A DNA stretch of 64,000 nt from Eubacteriales bacterium. Lineage in GTDB: Bacteria > Bacillota > Clostridia > Oscillospirales > CAG-272. Of the stretch, positions 1 to 8,475 are shown in pieces (the first letter of the stretch is position 1; each line of letters opens with the position of its first letter). The notes under the pieces are model-generated. The model was not told the origin of the DNA. It saw only the letters and a program-made list of their open reading frames with translations, and searched no databases. The position numbers were made by a program, and so were the translations under genes. The DNA lies in the NCBI GenBank assembly GCA_045578385.1, contig JAZNKD010000034.1, positions 10,234-74,233 of the forward strand, read 5' to 3'.

Positions 1-188
1 GAAAATATTTAAATGTGTTTTGGAATATTTATGCTTTCAACAAGGTTGAGCTTGTGGTTTTTATAAATCGGTATGCTTGGGAAATTCTTTGCCGTCGCGA
101 GCTCTCTGTGTTTTGCGTGCATCGCGCCCTTTGGTGAGCCGGGAGAGGACGCGCGATCGTGATATCAATACGACGTTTATCTGCTAAA

Positions 189-226
189 ATATCAACGGCT
201 GTCCGTTTTTGGACAGCCGTTGATAT
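189..226 (-). terminator. Intrinsic terminator downstream of ORF 242..661
   Basis: Perfect 16-bp inverted repeat ATATCAACGGCTGTCC / GGACAGCCGTTGATAT with a 6-nt loop, just past the stop codon. Confidence 0.75.
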
Positions 227-241
227 AAGAAATTATTCTAA

Positions 242-661
242 TTAAACAAGACCTAAGCCGAATACTGCAGCTGCTGCAGCTGCTGCAACAACAACGAGAG
301 CGATAACAACCTTTTTGGTCTTTCTGCGGCGAGCATACTTGCGCGCCTTGCGAAGGTATGCAGAAATGGGGTCCTTCTTACGCTTGAGGGACTTGATGAA
401 CTTCTTGATCCACTTAAGGTCGCGCTTAATGAGGATCTTGTTCTTCTTGATAGCCTTAGCATCGTGAGCTAAAACGTTTCTAACATTTCTGAACTTGTTA
501 AGAGCTTCAAGCACTTCGTCACGCTTGGGAGCAAATCTAGCACTCTCAAGACGGTTTATGTACTCGGTAACGCCTCCAGCCTTTACACCAAGCTTATCGC
601 AGCAATTACTGTCAAGTTCCACGAAGAGTTTGAGGAACTTTTTATTGATTTTCTTGCTCAT
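242..661 (-). CDS. Small basic protein with RxxxxH (HEPN-like) motif and C-terminal membrane anchor; resembles DUF6548-type proteins
   Basis: 139 aa; motif FRNVRNVLAH; Lys/Arg-rich; hydrophobic tail VVIALVVVAAAAAAAVFGLGLV; RBS, own promoter and terminator. Confidence 0.6.
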   Translation of the reverse strand: MSKKINKKFLKLFVELDSNCCDKLGVKAGGVTEYINRLESARFAPKRDEVLEALNKFRNVRNVLAHDAKAIKKNKILIKRDLKWIKKFIKSLKRKKDPISAYLRKARKYARRRKTKKVVIALVVVAAAAAAAVFGLGLV

Positions 662-702
662 TTATAATTCCCACCTTTCATAAAATGTGCGCTGTGTAAT
701 AT

Positions 703-731
703 ATTATAATCTATTTCTTTTGGTTTTGCAA
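703..731 (-). promoter_or_regulatory. Sigma-A promoter for 242..661
   Basis: TTGCAA-17nt-TATAAT on the minus strand. Confidence 0.6.
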
Positions 732-891
732 TAGTTTTTTTAAAAAAAACGAAAATAATTGTAAAATTTTTTTGAACAACATATAAAAAATTCCCTGCTG
801 AGATGAAAGTTTATTAAAACCTCTTTATTTTTGAAGTGAAATAGTGTATAATAACAGTGCTTTAGAAAAAATAACGGAGTTTTAAAGAAAT

Positions 892-2136
892 ATGCAAGCT
901 CTTTCAATAATAAATTTTGTTTTAGGAATTCTATTTGCGCTTTGCTACGCTTTCCAGTTTATATATCTGGTAGTTCCGTTTGTGAAAAAGCTTCCGGCAC
1001 ACAAGGAAACAAAGATGCACAGGTATGCAATCGTGGTTTGTGCAAGAAACGAAGAAAACGTGATTTCAAATTTAGTTGAAAGCATCAAGAAGCAGGACTA
1101 TCCTGCCGATTTAATCAGCGTTGTTCTCGTTGCTGATAACTGTACCGATAAAACCGCTGACGTTGGCAGAACACTCGGAATTACGGTTTACGAGAGGTTT
1201 GACGAAGATAAGATAGGAAAAGGCTATGCTTTGGAATTTGGTCTTTCTAAGCTCGTGGAAGATTTTGGAGAGGATTACTTTGATGCGTTTATCGTTTTTG
1301 ATGCGGATAATATACTTACCGAAACGTTTGTTACCGAAATAAATAAAACGTATTCGGACGGATACGAGGTGATAACATGTTACCGAAATTCTAAGAATTA
1401 CGGTGACAGTTGGCTTTCCGCAGGAACGGGAATGTGGTTCTTACGCGATTCCAAATATCTCAACGGCTCAAGAATGCGAATAGGAGCTTGTCCTCAGGTT
1501 TCGGGTACGGGATTTTTGTTCTCTAACGGAATAAGAAAGGAATACGGCGGTTGGCCCTTCCATACGCTTACAGAAGACTACGAATTTACTTGCTACAGTG
1601 TAATACGCGGCAAAAAATTCGGATACTGCGAAGAAGCTCGCTTTTACGACGAGCAGGTTTCCGGATTTATGCAGTCGTGGAATCAGCGTCTCAGATGGTG
1701 TAAGGGAGGACTCCAATCCTTCGTTATGTTTTGGAAACAGCTCGGACGCGGTTTGTTCTCGCGCAAATTCGTGGCGTGTTACGATATGATAATGAGTATT
1801 GCTCCGGCATATTTTCTTTCAATCATAGCTTGCTTTGTTAACATTATCGGATGTGCGATTCTTCTTTGCACGGGGCACGGTGTGATCGAAACGATGATGC
1901 CGTTCGCTGCGCTTGCCGCGAGTGCGTACGGTCTTGTGCTTATTCACAGCGCAGTAACCACCATAACCGAGTGGAAACATATTGAAACAACGACCTTTAA
2001 GAAAATACTGTATACCTTCACCTTCCCGTTCTTTATGATGACGTTCGTTCCTATTGCGTTCGTTGCTATTTTCAAAAAGAACGTTTCTTGGAAGCATATA
2101 CAGCATAAATCTATTGCAAATAAAAAGGAAGATTGA
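892..2136 (+). CDS. Membrane GT2-family glycosyltransferase (CesA-like)
   Basis: GKGYAL, DAD, TED and QRLRW (QxxRW) motifs; N- and C-terminal TM helices. Confidence 0.85.
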   Translation: MQALSIINFVLGILFALCYAFQFIYLVVPFVKKLPAHKETKMHRYAIVVCARNEENVISNLVESIKKQDYPADLISVVLVADNCTDKTADVGRTLGITVYERFDEDKIGKGYALEFGLSKLVEDFGEDYFDAFIVFDADNILTETFVTEINKTYSDGYEVITCYRNSKNYGDSWLSAGTGMWFLRDSKYLNGSRMRIGACPQVSGTGFLFSNGIRKEYGGWPFHTLTEDYEFTCYSVIRGKKFGYCEEARFYDEQVSGFMQSWNQRLRWCKGGLQSFVMFWKQLGRGLFSRKFVACYDMIMSIAPAYFLSIIACFVNIIGCAILLCTGHGVIETMMPFAALAASAYGLVLIHSAVTTITEWKHIETTTFKKILYTFTFPFFMMTFVPIAFVAIFKKNVSWKHIQHKSIANKKED

Positions 2137-2150
2137 AAAAGATTTTTGTA

Positions 2151-2201
2151 AATAAGAAGGTGAGCAAGACGGCTGGAGGCCGTTTTGCTCACCTTCTTAT
2201 T
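2151..2201. terminator. Bidirectional terminator between GT2 and asnA
   Basis: About 23-bp near-perfect inverted repeat between convergent genes. Confidence 0.85.
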
Positions 2202-2203
2202 TT

Positions 2204-3211
2204 TTAAAGCAGTCTTATGCCCGCTTGAGCGCAGGCTTCGTACGTATATTTGTCCCATATGGACGACTGAACCTCGCCTATGTGTGCCGAGCCCATCATA
2301 AGCATACAAAGTCTTGATTGACCGATACCGCCGCCGATTGTAATCGGAAGTTTACCTTCAAGCAGCGATTTATGGAACGGAAGCTCGCGCCTATCCTCGC
2401 AACCTGCAAGATGAAGCTGTCTTGCAAGACTGGTTTCGTCAACCCTTATACCCATAGAGGAAATTTCAAACGCCCTGTCGAGAACTTCGTTGTAGAATAG
2501 AATGTCTCCGTTGAGCTCCCAGTCGTCGTAGTCGGGAGCGCGGGAGTCGTGCGGTTCGCCGTTTGAGAGCTTTCCGCCGATTCCTATTATGAAAACGGTA
2601 CCGTATTTTTTTGTTATTTCGTATTCCCGTTCTTTTGCTGTAAGCGTTGGATAAAGTCTGAGAAGTTCTTCGGAATCTATAACCTTTACTTCGCGGTTGA
2701 GCTTAGTATTGAGAACGGGAAAATCAACCCTTAGTAAATCATTAGTATCGCAGATTGTAGCAACTATTTTTTTTACAGTGTCTACAAGGTATTCACGCGT
2801 GCGTTCCTCACGGGTTATAACACGCTCCCAGTCCCATTGGTCAACGTATATAGAATGAATATTATCGAGTTCTTCATCTCTGCGGATTGCGTTCATATCG
2901 GTGTAAAGTCCGTTTCCTACGTAGAAGCGGTATTCTTTAAGTGCCATTCTTTTCCACTTTGCCAGCGAATGAACGACTTGCGCGGATTCGCCTACCGCCG
3001 GAATATCGAACGTTACAGGGCGTTCTTTTCCCGAAAGATTATCGTTAAGTCCGGATGCCGCCGTAACGAAAAGGGGCGCGGAAACTCGTTTAAGTCTGAG
3101 TGCATTTGCGAGTCTTTCCTGAAAAGTTTTTTTAATAAAGGATATTGCTTTCTGCGTGTCGTAAACGTCGAGCTTAGGAGCATATCCTTTCGGAATGTAA
3201 AGGGAATTCAT
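2204..3211 (-). CDS. asnA: Aspartate--ammonia ligase
   Basis: VHSLAKWKR, HSIYVDQWDWE, RAPDYDDW and TIGGGIGQSR motifs. Confidence 0.95.
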   Translation of the reverse strand: MNSLYIPKGYAPKLDVYDTQKAISFIKKTFQERLANALRLKRVSAPLFVTAASGLNDNLSGKERPVTFDIPAVGESAQVVHSLAKWKRMALKEYRFYVGNGLYTDMNAIRRDEELDNIHSIYVDQWDWERVITREERTREYLVDTVKKIVATICDTNDLLRVDFPVLNTKLNREVKVIDSEELLRLYPTLTAKEREYEITKKYGTVFIIGIGGKLSNGEPHDSRAPDYDDWELNGDILFYNEVLDRAFEISSMGIRVDETSLARQLHLAGCEDRRELPFHKSLLEGKLPITIGGGIGQSRLCMLMMGSAHIGEVQSSIWDKYTYEACAQAGIRLL

Positions 3212-3240
3212 AAAACAGGCCTCTTTATTGATGTTTGTGT

Positions 3241-3981
3241 TTAATTTTTGCCGGTGTAGCTAAGAGCTTCTTCTTCGGTTATTTCTACGATGCTCTTAAT
3301 CACCGGTTGATGCTTTTTCTTCATAATCGTATTGGAATTCGCGGCAGAGGTATAAGGCAGCGTTTTTTTTGTGATTTTGTCAACTACGGACATACCTGCT
3401 ATTACGTAGCCGAACGCGGCATACTGATAATCGAGGCTTTTTTCCGCGTCAGCGTTGCAGATGAAGAATTGACTCGATGCGGAATCGTAAGAATAAGGAG
3501 AACGAGCCATTGAGATTACGCCTCTTACATGAGAAATATCATTCCAGTAGCCGTTAAGGAGAAACTCACCTTTTATGTTTTTGTCCGAGCCGCCCGTGCC
3601 GTCGCCCATCGGGTCGCCTCCTTGAATCATAAAGTTTGCCATAACTCTGTGAAACGTGAGTCCGTCATAGAAACCCGAATTGACAAGCTCGAGAAAATTA
3701 GCAACCGTAATAGGCGCTGTCGTTGCATCAAGAAGTATTATGACGGTTCCAAATTTTTTAATGGTCATCTTAACGTACTTTATGTCACGCCCGTTCGTGT
3801 CACGCGTTTCGAAAAATTCACACGCACCGGTACCTATTGAGTTAGTTTTATGATTGTTTACAAGCACAACTGTGATAGAAATGAGTATAACAAACAGCAT
3901 AAGAATTGCTACTGCAATTATAGCAGGTGATCTTGCGCCTGTTTTATTGGTGGTTACTCCGTTTTGAATCTGTTCTTCCAT
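3241..3981 (-). CDS. Cyclophilin-type peptidyl-prolyl isomerase with N-terminal TM anchor (start reassigned to ATG 3981)
   Basis: APITVANF, FYDGLTFHRV, FMIQGGDP, SMAR and SSQFFI; RBS AAAGGA before MEEQ; the longer ORF start lies inside holA. Confidence 0.9.
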   Translation of the reverse strand: MEEQIQNGVTTNKTGARSPAIIAVAILMLFVILISITVVLVNNHKTNSIGTGACEFFETRDTNGRDIKYVKMTIKKFGTVIILLDATTAPITVANFLELVNSGFYDGLTFHRVMANFMIQGGDPMGDGTGGSDKNIKGEFLLNGYWNDISHVRGVISMARSPYSYDSASSQFFICNADAEKSLDYQYAAFGYVIAGMSVVDKITKKTLPYTSAANSNTIMKKKHQPVIKSIVEITEEEALSYTGKN

Positions 3982-3997
3982 TTTTTCTTTCCTTTGC

Positions 3998-5035
3998 CTA
4001 AATATATTCACACATAAACATTTCGATGACCTTGTAACCTGAAACGCCGCCTGATTTTGATTCCGCATCCAGCGCGCGAAGCCTGGAGGTTGCAAGAGAA
4101 AGCTTTTGTGTGCCCCATTTTTTTGCTGAATTTATGCATATCTTGATTTTGTATTGATTCCACTCGAGAATATTTTCTATATCTCTCGAGTCCATTCCCT
4201 CGTCCAAGAGCAGAGAAACCGTAACGAGTTCTCCAAAGCTTCTCGCAAGAGTCGCAAGAACCGCGCCCGGTTCGACACGTCTGCCTATCATATCTTTGAG
4301 AGCCAAGAACGCTTTGTCCCGATTTTTATCGGTAATAGCTGTAGATAATGCAAAAGCCTCGCATTCGAGTGTCGGAGAGGCTACAAAATCCACATCTTTT
4401 TTTGTTATAGCCGGAATCGTGTTGGCTTTTGCATAGGCAGAAAGCTTTTTCACTTCCTCGTGCAGTGTAGCCATCGAGTGTCCTGATCTGAAGATAAGGG
4501 CAGAAAGAGTATCGGGGGCGGCTTTTATTCCTTCTGCTTCAAAATGACGTTTAAGCCAACCTATAAGCTGTGCATCTGTAGATTTCTCAAAGTTGACAAC
4601 GTTATAAAACTTGCCAAATCTGACTGCAAGCTTTGACGGGCGCTTTGCGGTTCCCGGCAGGAATCCGTCTGCATCTGTAAACAATATAAGTATGGCGTAT
4701 GGATAGTTTGAAAGTGATTCGGCAAGCTCCAAAATCAGTTTTTTATCGGACTCACTCATATGCTCAATATCAGGATATTTCCACTCTATAAGCTTGTAAT
4801 CCGACATCACCGGCGGTGCTTTTATTGATTCTGCTACTTCTGAAATATCGACATCCGAGCCATCAAAAAATATTTTGTTAAAAAGAGAAAAAGCTTCGTC
4901 TTGACAACTCGACTTTACAATCTCTTGAAAATAATACTTTTTGAGGTAATCTTCTTCTCCGCAAAAAATATAAGCTCCACCGAGATCTGATGATTTTATT
5001 TTGTTTTTTAGCTCGGTAACGGTCATATATATCAA
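3998..5035 (-). CDS. holA: DNA polymerase III delta subunit
   Basis: YIFCGEEDYL N-terminal motif, EEVKKLSAY, C-terminal DAESKSG; typical 345-aa length. Confidence 0.85.
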   Translation of the reverse strand: MIYMTVTELKNKIKSSDLGGAYIFCGEEDYLKKYYFQEIVKSSCQDEAFSLFNKIFFDGSDVDISEVAESIKAPPVMSDYKLIEWKYPDIEHMSESDKKLILELAESLSNYPYAILILFTDADGFLPGTAKRPSKLAVRFGKFYNVVNFEKSTDAQLIGWLKRHFEAEGIKAAPDTLSALIFRSGHSMATLHEEVKKLSAYAKANTIPAITKKDVDFVASPTLECEAFALSTAITDKNRDKAFLALKDMIGRRVEPGAVLATLARSFGELVTVSLLLDEGMDSRDIENILEWNQYKIKICINSAKKWGTQKLSLATSRLRALDAESKSGGVSGYKVIEMFMCEYI

Positions 5036-5463
5036 ACCTCGCAGGCAGTAATTTTCATTCGCGCTCTTTTTCGGGCGCCGCCGACTGTCATATCATAGAG
5101 AATATCTATATCGCCGCCATGCTCCGACAAGGAACTTGTTAATTTTAGTGTTTTTACTTCCATATCAAATTTATATGGGGGGACAAGATATACGGTTTTA
5201 TAAACTTGGCTTTCGTCAAACACCAGGGTGGAAACTATGGCTCCGTTTCGTCTAACGGATACCGTGGAGCCGGATAAAGAAACGGTACAACTTACGGTCC
5301 CGTTTTCATCGGATTCTTTATACGCAAGTATTATTTCTCCATCGGAAATTCGCATAGTTGCAGTGTACGATGAGTTAGTAGACTCGGACTCAGTATCCAG
5401 ACGACCGTAATCGTCGAGATTATCTATGTGTGACTCTATATTAAGCTTGATTTTTTTCAGCAT
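5032..5463 (-). CDS. DUF1934 (YwiB-like) beta-barrel protein
   Basis: YKE...VRRNG...LVF...Y..P pattern; 143 aa; overlaps holA start by 4 nt. Confidence 0.7.
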   Translation of the reverse strand: MLKKIKLNIESHIDNLDDYGRLDTESESTNSSYTATMRISDGEIILAYKESDENGTVSCTVSLSGSTVSVRRNGAIVSTLVFDESQVYKTVYLVPPYKFDMEVKTLKLTSSLSEHGGDIDILYDMTVGGARKRARMKITACEV

Positions 5464-5484
5464 AACGGCTCCGTTAAAAAATAA

Positions 5485-5518
5485 GGCTGCTTCATCCCCA
5501 TTGTTAGACGAAGCAGCC
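5485..5518 (-). terminator. Terminator after mgsA-like gene
   Basis: GGCTGCTTC / GAAGCAGCC stem followed by TTATTTTTT on the minus strand. Confidence 0.65.
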
Positions 5519-5536
5519 CGACTGTTTTGAAAAGAA

Positions 5537-5971
5537 TTAAATAAGTCCTCTTTTTTTCATATTGTAATTACTGCGAGGATTAATAAGCTCTCGCCAATTA
5601 AGGCTGCCGTTGTCAAGTGCAATAACAAGAGCCTCAGCAGTAGCTATATTTGTTGCCAAAGGAACGTTATATACGTCGCAAAGGCGAAGCAGGGAACTTT
5701 CGTAATCATGAATTTCTTTAGAAGGGTCGGTACTGCGGAAATAAAACACAACGTCAATTTCATTATAAGAAATCTTCGATGCTATCTGTTCCATTCCTCC
5801 GGAGCTTCCCATAAGGAAGGTTTCAATTTCAAGACCTGTAGCCTCGGAGATGAACTTGCCTGTCGTATGCGTAGCGCACAGATGATGATGGCTGAGAATT
5901 CCGCAATAAGCTGTGCAGAACTGAATCATAAGTTCTTTTTTATTATCGTCTGCGATTATTGCAATATCCAT
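5537..5971 (-). CDS. mgsA: Methylglyoxal synthase-like protein with degenerate active site
   Basis: IAIIADDNKK, ATHTTG and LLRLCDVYNVPLATN align to MgsA; several catalytic positions substituted. Confidence 0.8.
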   Translation of the reverse strand: MDIAIIADDNKKELMIQFCTAYCGILSHHHLCATHTTGKFISEATGLEIETFLMGSSGGMEQIASKISYNEIDVVFYFRSTDPSKEIHDYESSLLRLCDVYNVPLATNIATAEALVIALDNGSLNWRELINPRSNYNMKKRGLI

Positions 5972-6005
5972 ATAAAACCTCCTTGTTTAAAAAATATACA
6001 GTAGA

Positions 6006-6034
6006 ATTATAGCACTAAAAAAATTCTTTGTCAA
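6006..6034 (-). promoter_or_regulatory. Sigma-A promoter for mgsA
   Basis: Perfect TTGACA-17nt-TATAAT with TG extension. Confidence 0.8.
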
Positions 6035-6138
6035 TCGGTATATAATATTTTTTCCTGCGTAAGTAACACCTTTTTTAAAAGCAAGGTAATATTACATAAA
6101 AAACAGGGTTAAAATATATAAAAAATTACAAAATGGGA

Positions 6139-6167
6139 TTGAAAAAAACAATTTATTGATGTATAAT
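6139..6167 (+). promoter_or_regulatory. Sigma-A promoter for pfkA
   Basis: TTGAAA-17nt-TATAAT. Confidence 0.7.
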
Positions 6168-6211
6168 GTAAAGACTAACAAATATAATATTCCAACAAGG
6201 ATGGAGAAATA

Positions 6212-7276
6212 ATGAGTAAGATTAAAAAAATTGGTATTTTGACTTCGGGCGGAGATGCCCCCGGAATGAATGCTGCAATAAGAGCCGTTGTTAGAAGTGC
6301 TATTGCAAACGGTCTTGAGGTTGTAGGAATCATGCGCGGATATTCCGGTCTTATGTATAATGATACAACACCTCTTGCAATAAGAGATGTTTCAAACATA
6401 ATTAACAAGGGTGGAACTATGCTTTATACCGACAGATGCCCCGAAATGCTTACCGAGGAAGGAAAGCAAAAGGCTATTGCCACCTGCCGCGAGCTTGGAA
6501 TCGAAGGACTTGTTGTTATAGGCGGTGACGGAACGTTCAGAGGAGCAACCGAGCTTACGTTGCGAGGCATTCCTTGTGTAGGAATTCCCGGAACTATAGA
6601 TAACGACGTATCGGCAACCGACAATACTATAGGCTATTATACGGCTATGAACACCGTAATCGAGCTCGTTGATAAGCTTCGTGATACCTGTGAATCTCAT
6701 GCAAGATGCAACGTTGTTGAGGTTATGGGTCGCGATGCGGGTGATATTGCGCTTAATACGGCTATTGCTTCGGGTGCTACGGCCGTTGCGATTCCCGAAT
6801 TCGAATTTGACGAGGACGCTCTTTTTGAAAAAATCGCTACGTCAAAAAAACTCGGAAAGCGCAACTTTATCGTTATAATTTCAGAAGGACTCGGTGTTGA
6901 TTACGCTCCTGCGCTTGCTACTAAGATTCAGGCAAAGACGGGAGTTGAAACCAAATTTGCGAGATTTGCTCATATAGTCAGAGGAGGAACCCCTACATTC
7001 AAGGACAGACATCTTGCTACTTTGATGGGATCGCATGCGGTTGATATGCTTCTTGCGGGAAAATCCAACATAGTTATCTGCGAAAGGGGCGGCAAGATTA
7101 CAGACGGAGACATCACCTATGCTCTCAAACTGGACAGAATGTATAAAGGAAAGCTAGTTAGCGGAGATCTTGACGAATATACCGCAGAGCAGATAGAAGC
7201 TATGAAGGCGGAATGCGATGAAAGACGCAAAATTATGAGAAGCCTTTATGATATTCAAAATAAAGTAAATCTTTAA
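6212..7276 (+). CDS. pfkA: ATP-dependent 6-phosphofructokinase
   Basis: TSGGDAPGMN, GGDGT, PGTIDND (Gly at both ATP-specificity positions) and EVMGR. Confidence 0.95.
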   Translation: MSKIKKIGILTSGGDAPGMNAAIRAVVRSAIANGLEVVGIMRGYSGLMYNDTTPLAIRDVSNIINKGGTMLYTDRCPEMLTEEGKQKAIATCRELGIEGLVVIGGDGTFRGATELTLRGIPCVGIPGTIDNDVSATDNTIGYYTAMNTVIELVDKLRDTCESHARCNVVEVMGRDAGDIALNTAIASGATAVAIPEFEFDEDALFEKIATSKKLGKRNFIVIISEGLGVDYAPALATKIQAKTGVETKFARFAHIVRGGTPTFKDRHLATLMGSHAVDMLLAGKSNIVICERGGKITDGDITYALKLDRMYKGKLVSGDLDEYTAEQIEAMKAECDERRKIMRSLYDIQNKVNL

Positions 7277-7280
7277 TACA

Positions 7281-7334
7281 AAAAACAAAAACACTTAAGG
7301 TGCTGTTTTGCAGCCCGTAAGTGTTTTTGTTTTT
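7281..7334. terminator. Bidirectional terminator
   Basis: AAAAACAAAAACACTTA / TAAGTGTTTTTGTTTTT inverted repeat. Confidence 0.8.
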
Positions 7335-7453
7335 ATATTGCGCTAAATTGAAAATATACTCGATTTTGAAGTAGTAAAAATTTTAGTAATTCTAATTTGA
7401 ATTTTGCTTACCGGTTTGCTGTTTTTGTTGTATTGAAATTTTACATTTTCACA

Positions 7454-8356
7454 TCAGAAAATAATTCCGAAGGTCAACAGGGTAATCTCGTCGACCAGTC
7501 CGTTTGCCGCGTCCGCAGCATCGTTGTAATCTTTTTCAATCCTTTTAAGGTTAGTCAAAGCGCCATAAACGCCCTCGGCGGTCTGATCAATACCTTCAAG
7601 AGCTGCATAAGCCTGTATAACTCCTACTGAAACAGACTCGGCTTTGTTAATATTCTTAACGGCCTGAATAAAAGGCGTGGCCTCATAGACTGCCATTGCC
7701 ATTGCAGAAACAGCGATATCAAGATTTGCTTCAGCCTCTTCAAGACCGGGATAATCTGGAATTGTTATCAAAGCTTTCGCGGCCTCTGCGGTTTTTACGT
7801 TTCTTTTTGTTTCACTGTAGGTGGTGGATTCTGCCGCAGCTTTGGCGTATGCGATAAAGGTTTCGCAAATGGCAATGGGTTCTTCCAGCTCGGATTTAAG
7901 CGAAGAATAGTATTTTTGATACGAAGAAACGGTTTTGTATTCCGGGTCTACTTTATCTGAGAGTTCTTCTGCTCTATCGAGATTTTCTTTTTTTACGACG
8001 AATGAAGCGTTTTCGTCGAGCGCTGCGTTTACACATTCTATAAATTCAAGGCAATAGCCTACTCGCCTCTTTATGTCTTCCTTCAAAGCAAGATATTTTT
8101 CGTAAGCTTCGGATATTTCTTCATCGGTTTCTCTGCCACCTGCCAGAATGTAAGCGTCGAGGAGCTCTGATGCTTTATTAATTTCGAGTTCTTTGGATTT
8201 GAGAGTGGTGGCTTTTTCAACGTTTGATACCGCGTTTACAAACTCGCTTAAAATATCCGAAATTGATGCAAAAACGGTGAAAGAAAACACGCTGAAGACG
8301 AGAGCCAACACCAGCGATAGAGCAACCAGTTTGCCGGGGAGAGATTTGTTTTTCAT
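7454..8356 (-). CDS. Secreted alpha-helical repeat protein of unknown function
   Basis: Signal peptide ending VFA; four approx. 63-aa helical repeats; RBS GGAGG. Confidence 0.7.
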   Translation of the reverse strand: MKNKSLPGKLVALSLVLALVFSVFSFTVFASISDILSEFVNAVSNVEKATTLKSKELEINKASELLDAYILAGGRETDEEISEAYEKYLALKEDIKRRVGYCLEFIECVNAALDENASFVVKKENLDRAEELSDKVDPEYKTVSSYQKYYSSLKSELEEPIAICETFIAYAKAAAESTTYSETKRNVKTAEAAKALITIPDYPGLEEAEANLDIAVSAMAMAVYEATPFIQAVKNINKAESVSVGVIQAYAALEGIDQTAEGVYGALTNLKRIEKDYNDAADAANGLVDEITLLTFGIIF

Positions 8357-8475
8357 AAGGACCTCCGTTGAATTAGTGAAAAAATTCTACACTAATATTA
8401 TAAAATTTTCCTTTGTTTTTTTCAATGGACAATTAGTACAAATTTAACGCGAGGTTTTTGGTTATTTGGCATTTT

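Noticed and set aside
132-150. Minus-strand ...CCCGGCTCACCA resembling a tRNA 3' end or att site
   Set aside because: No T-loop (GTTCRA), no cloverleaf and no integrase nearby
264-295. GCA/GCT and CAA trinucleotide runs
   Set aside because: They simply encode the Ala/Val membrane tail; in frame and imperfect, not a contingency locus
3982-4095. N-terminal extension of the cyclophilin ORF (similar extensions at 9996, 12981, 41838, 45097 and 63155)
   Set aside because: They overlap upstream genes or promoters; downstream ATGs fit RBS position and family length better
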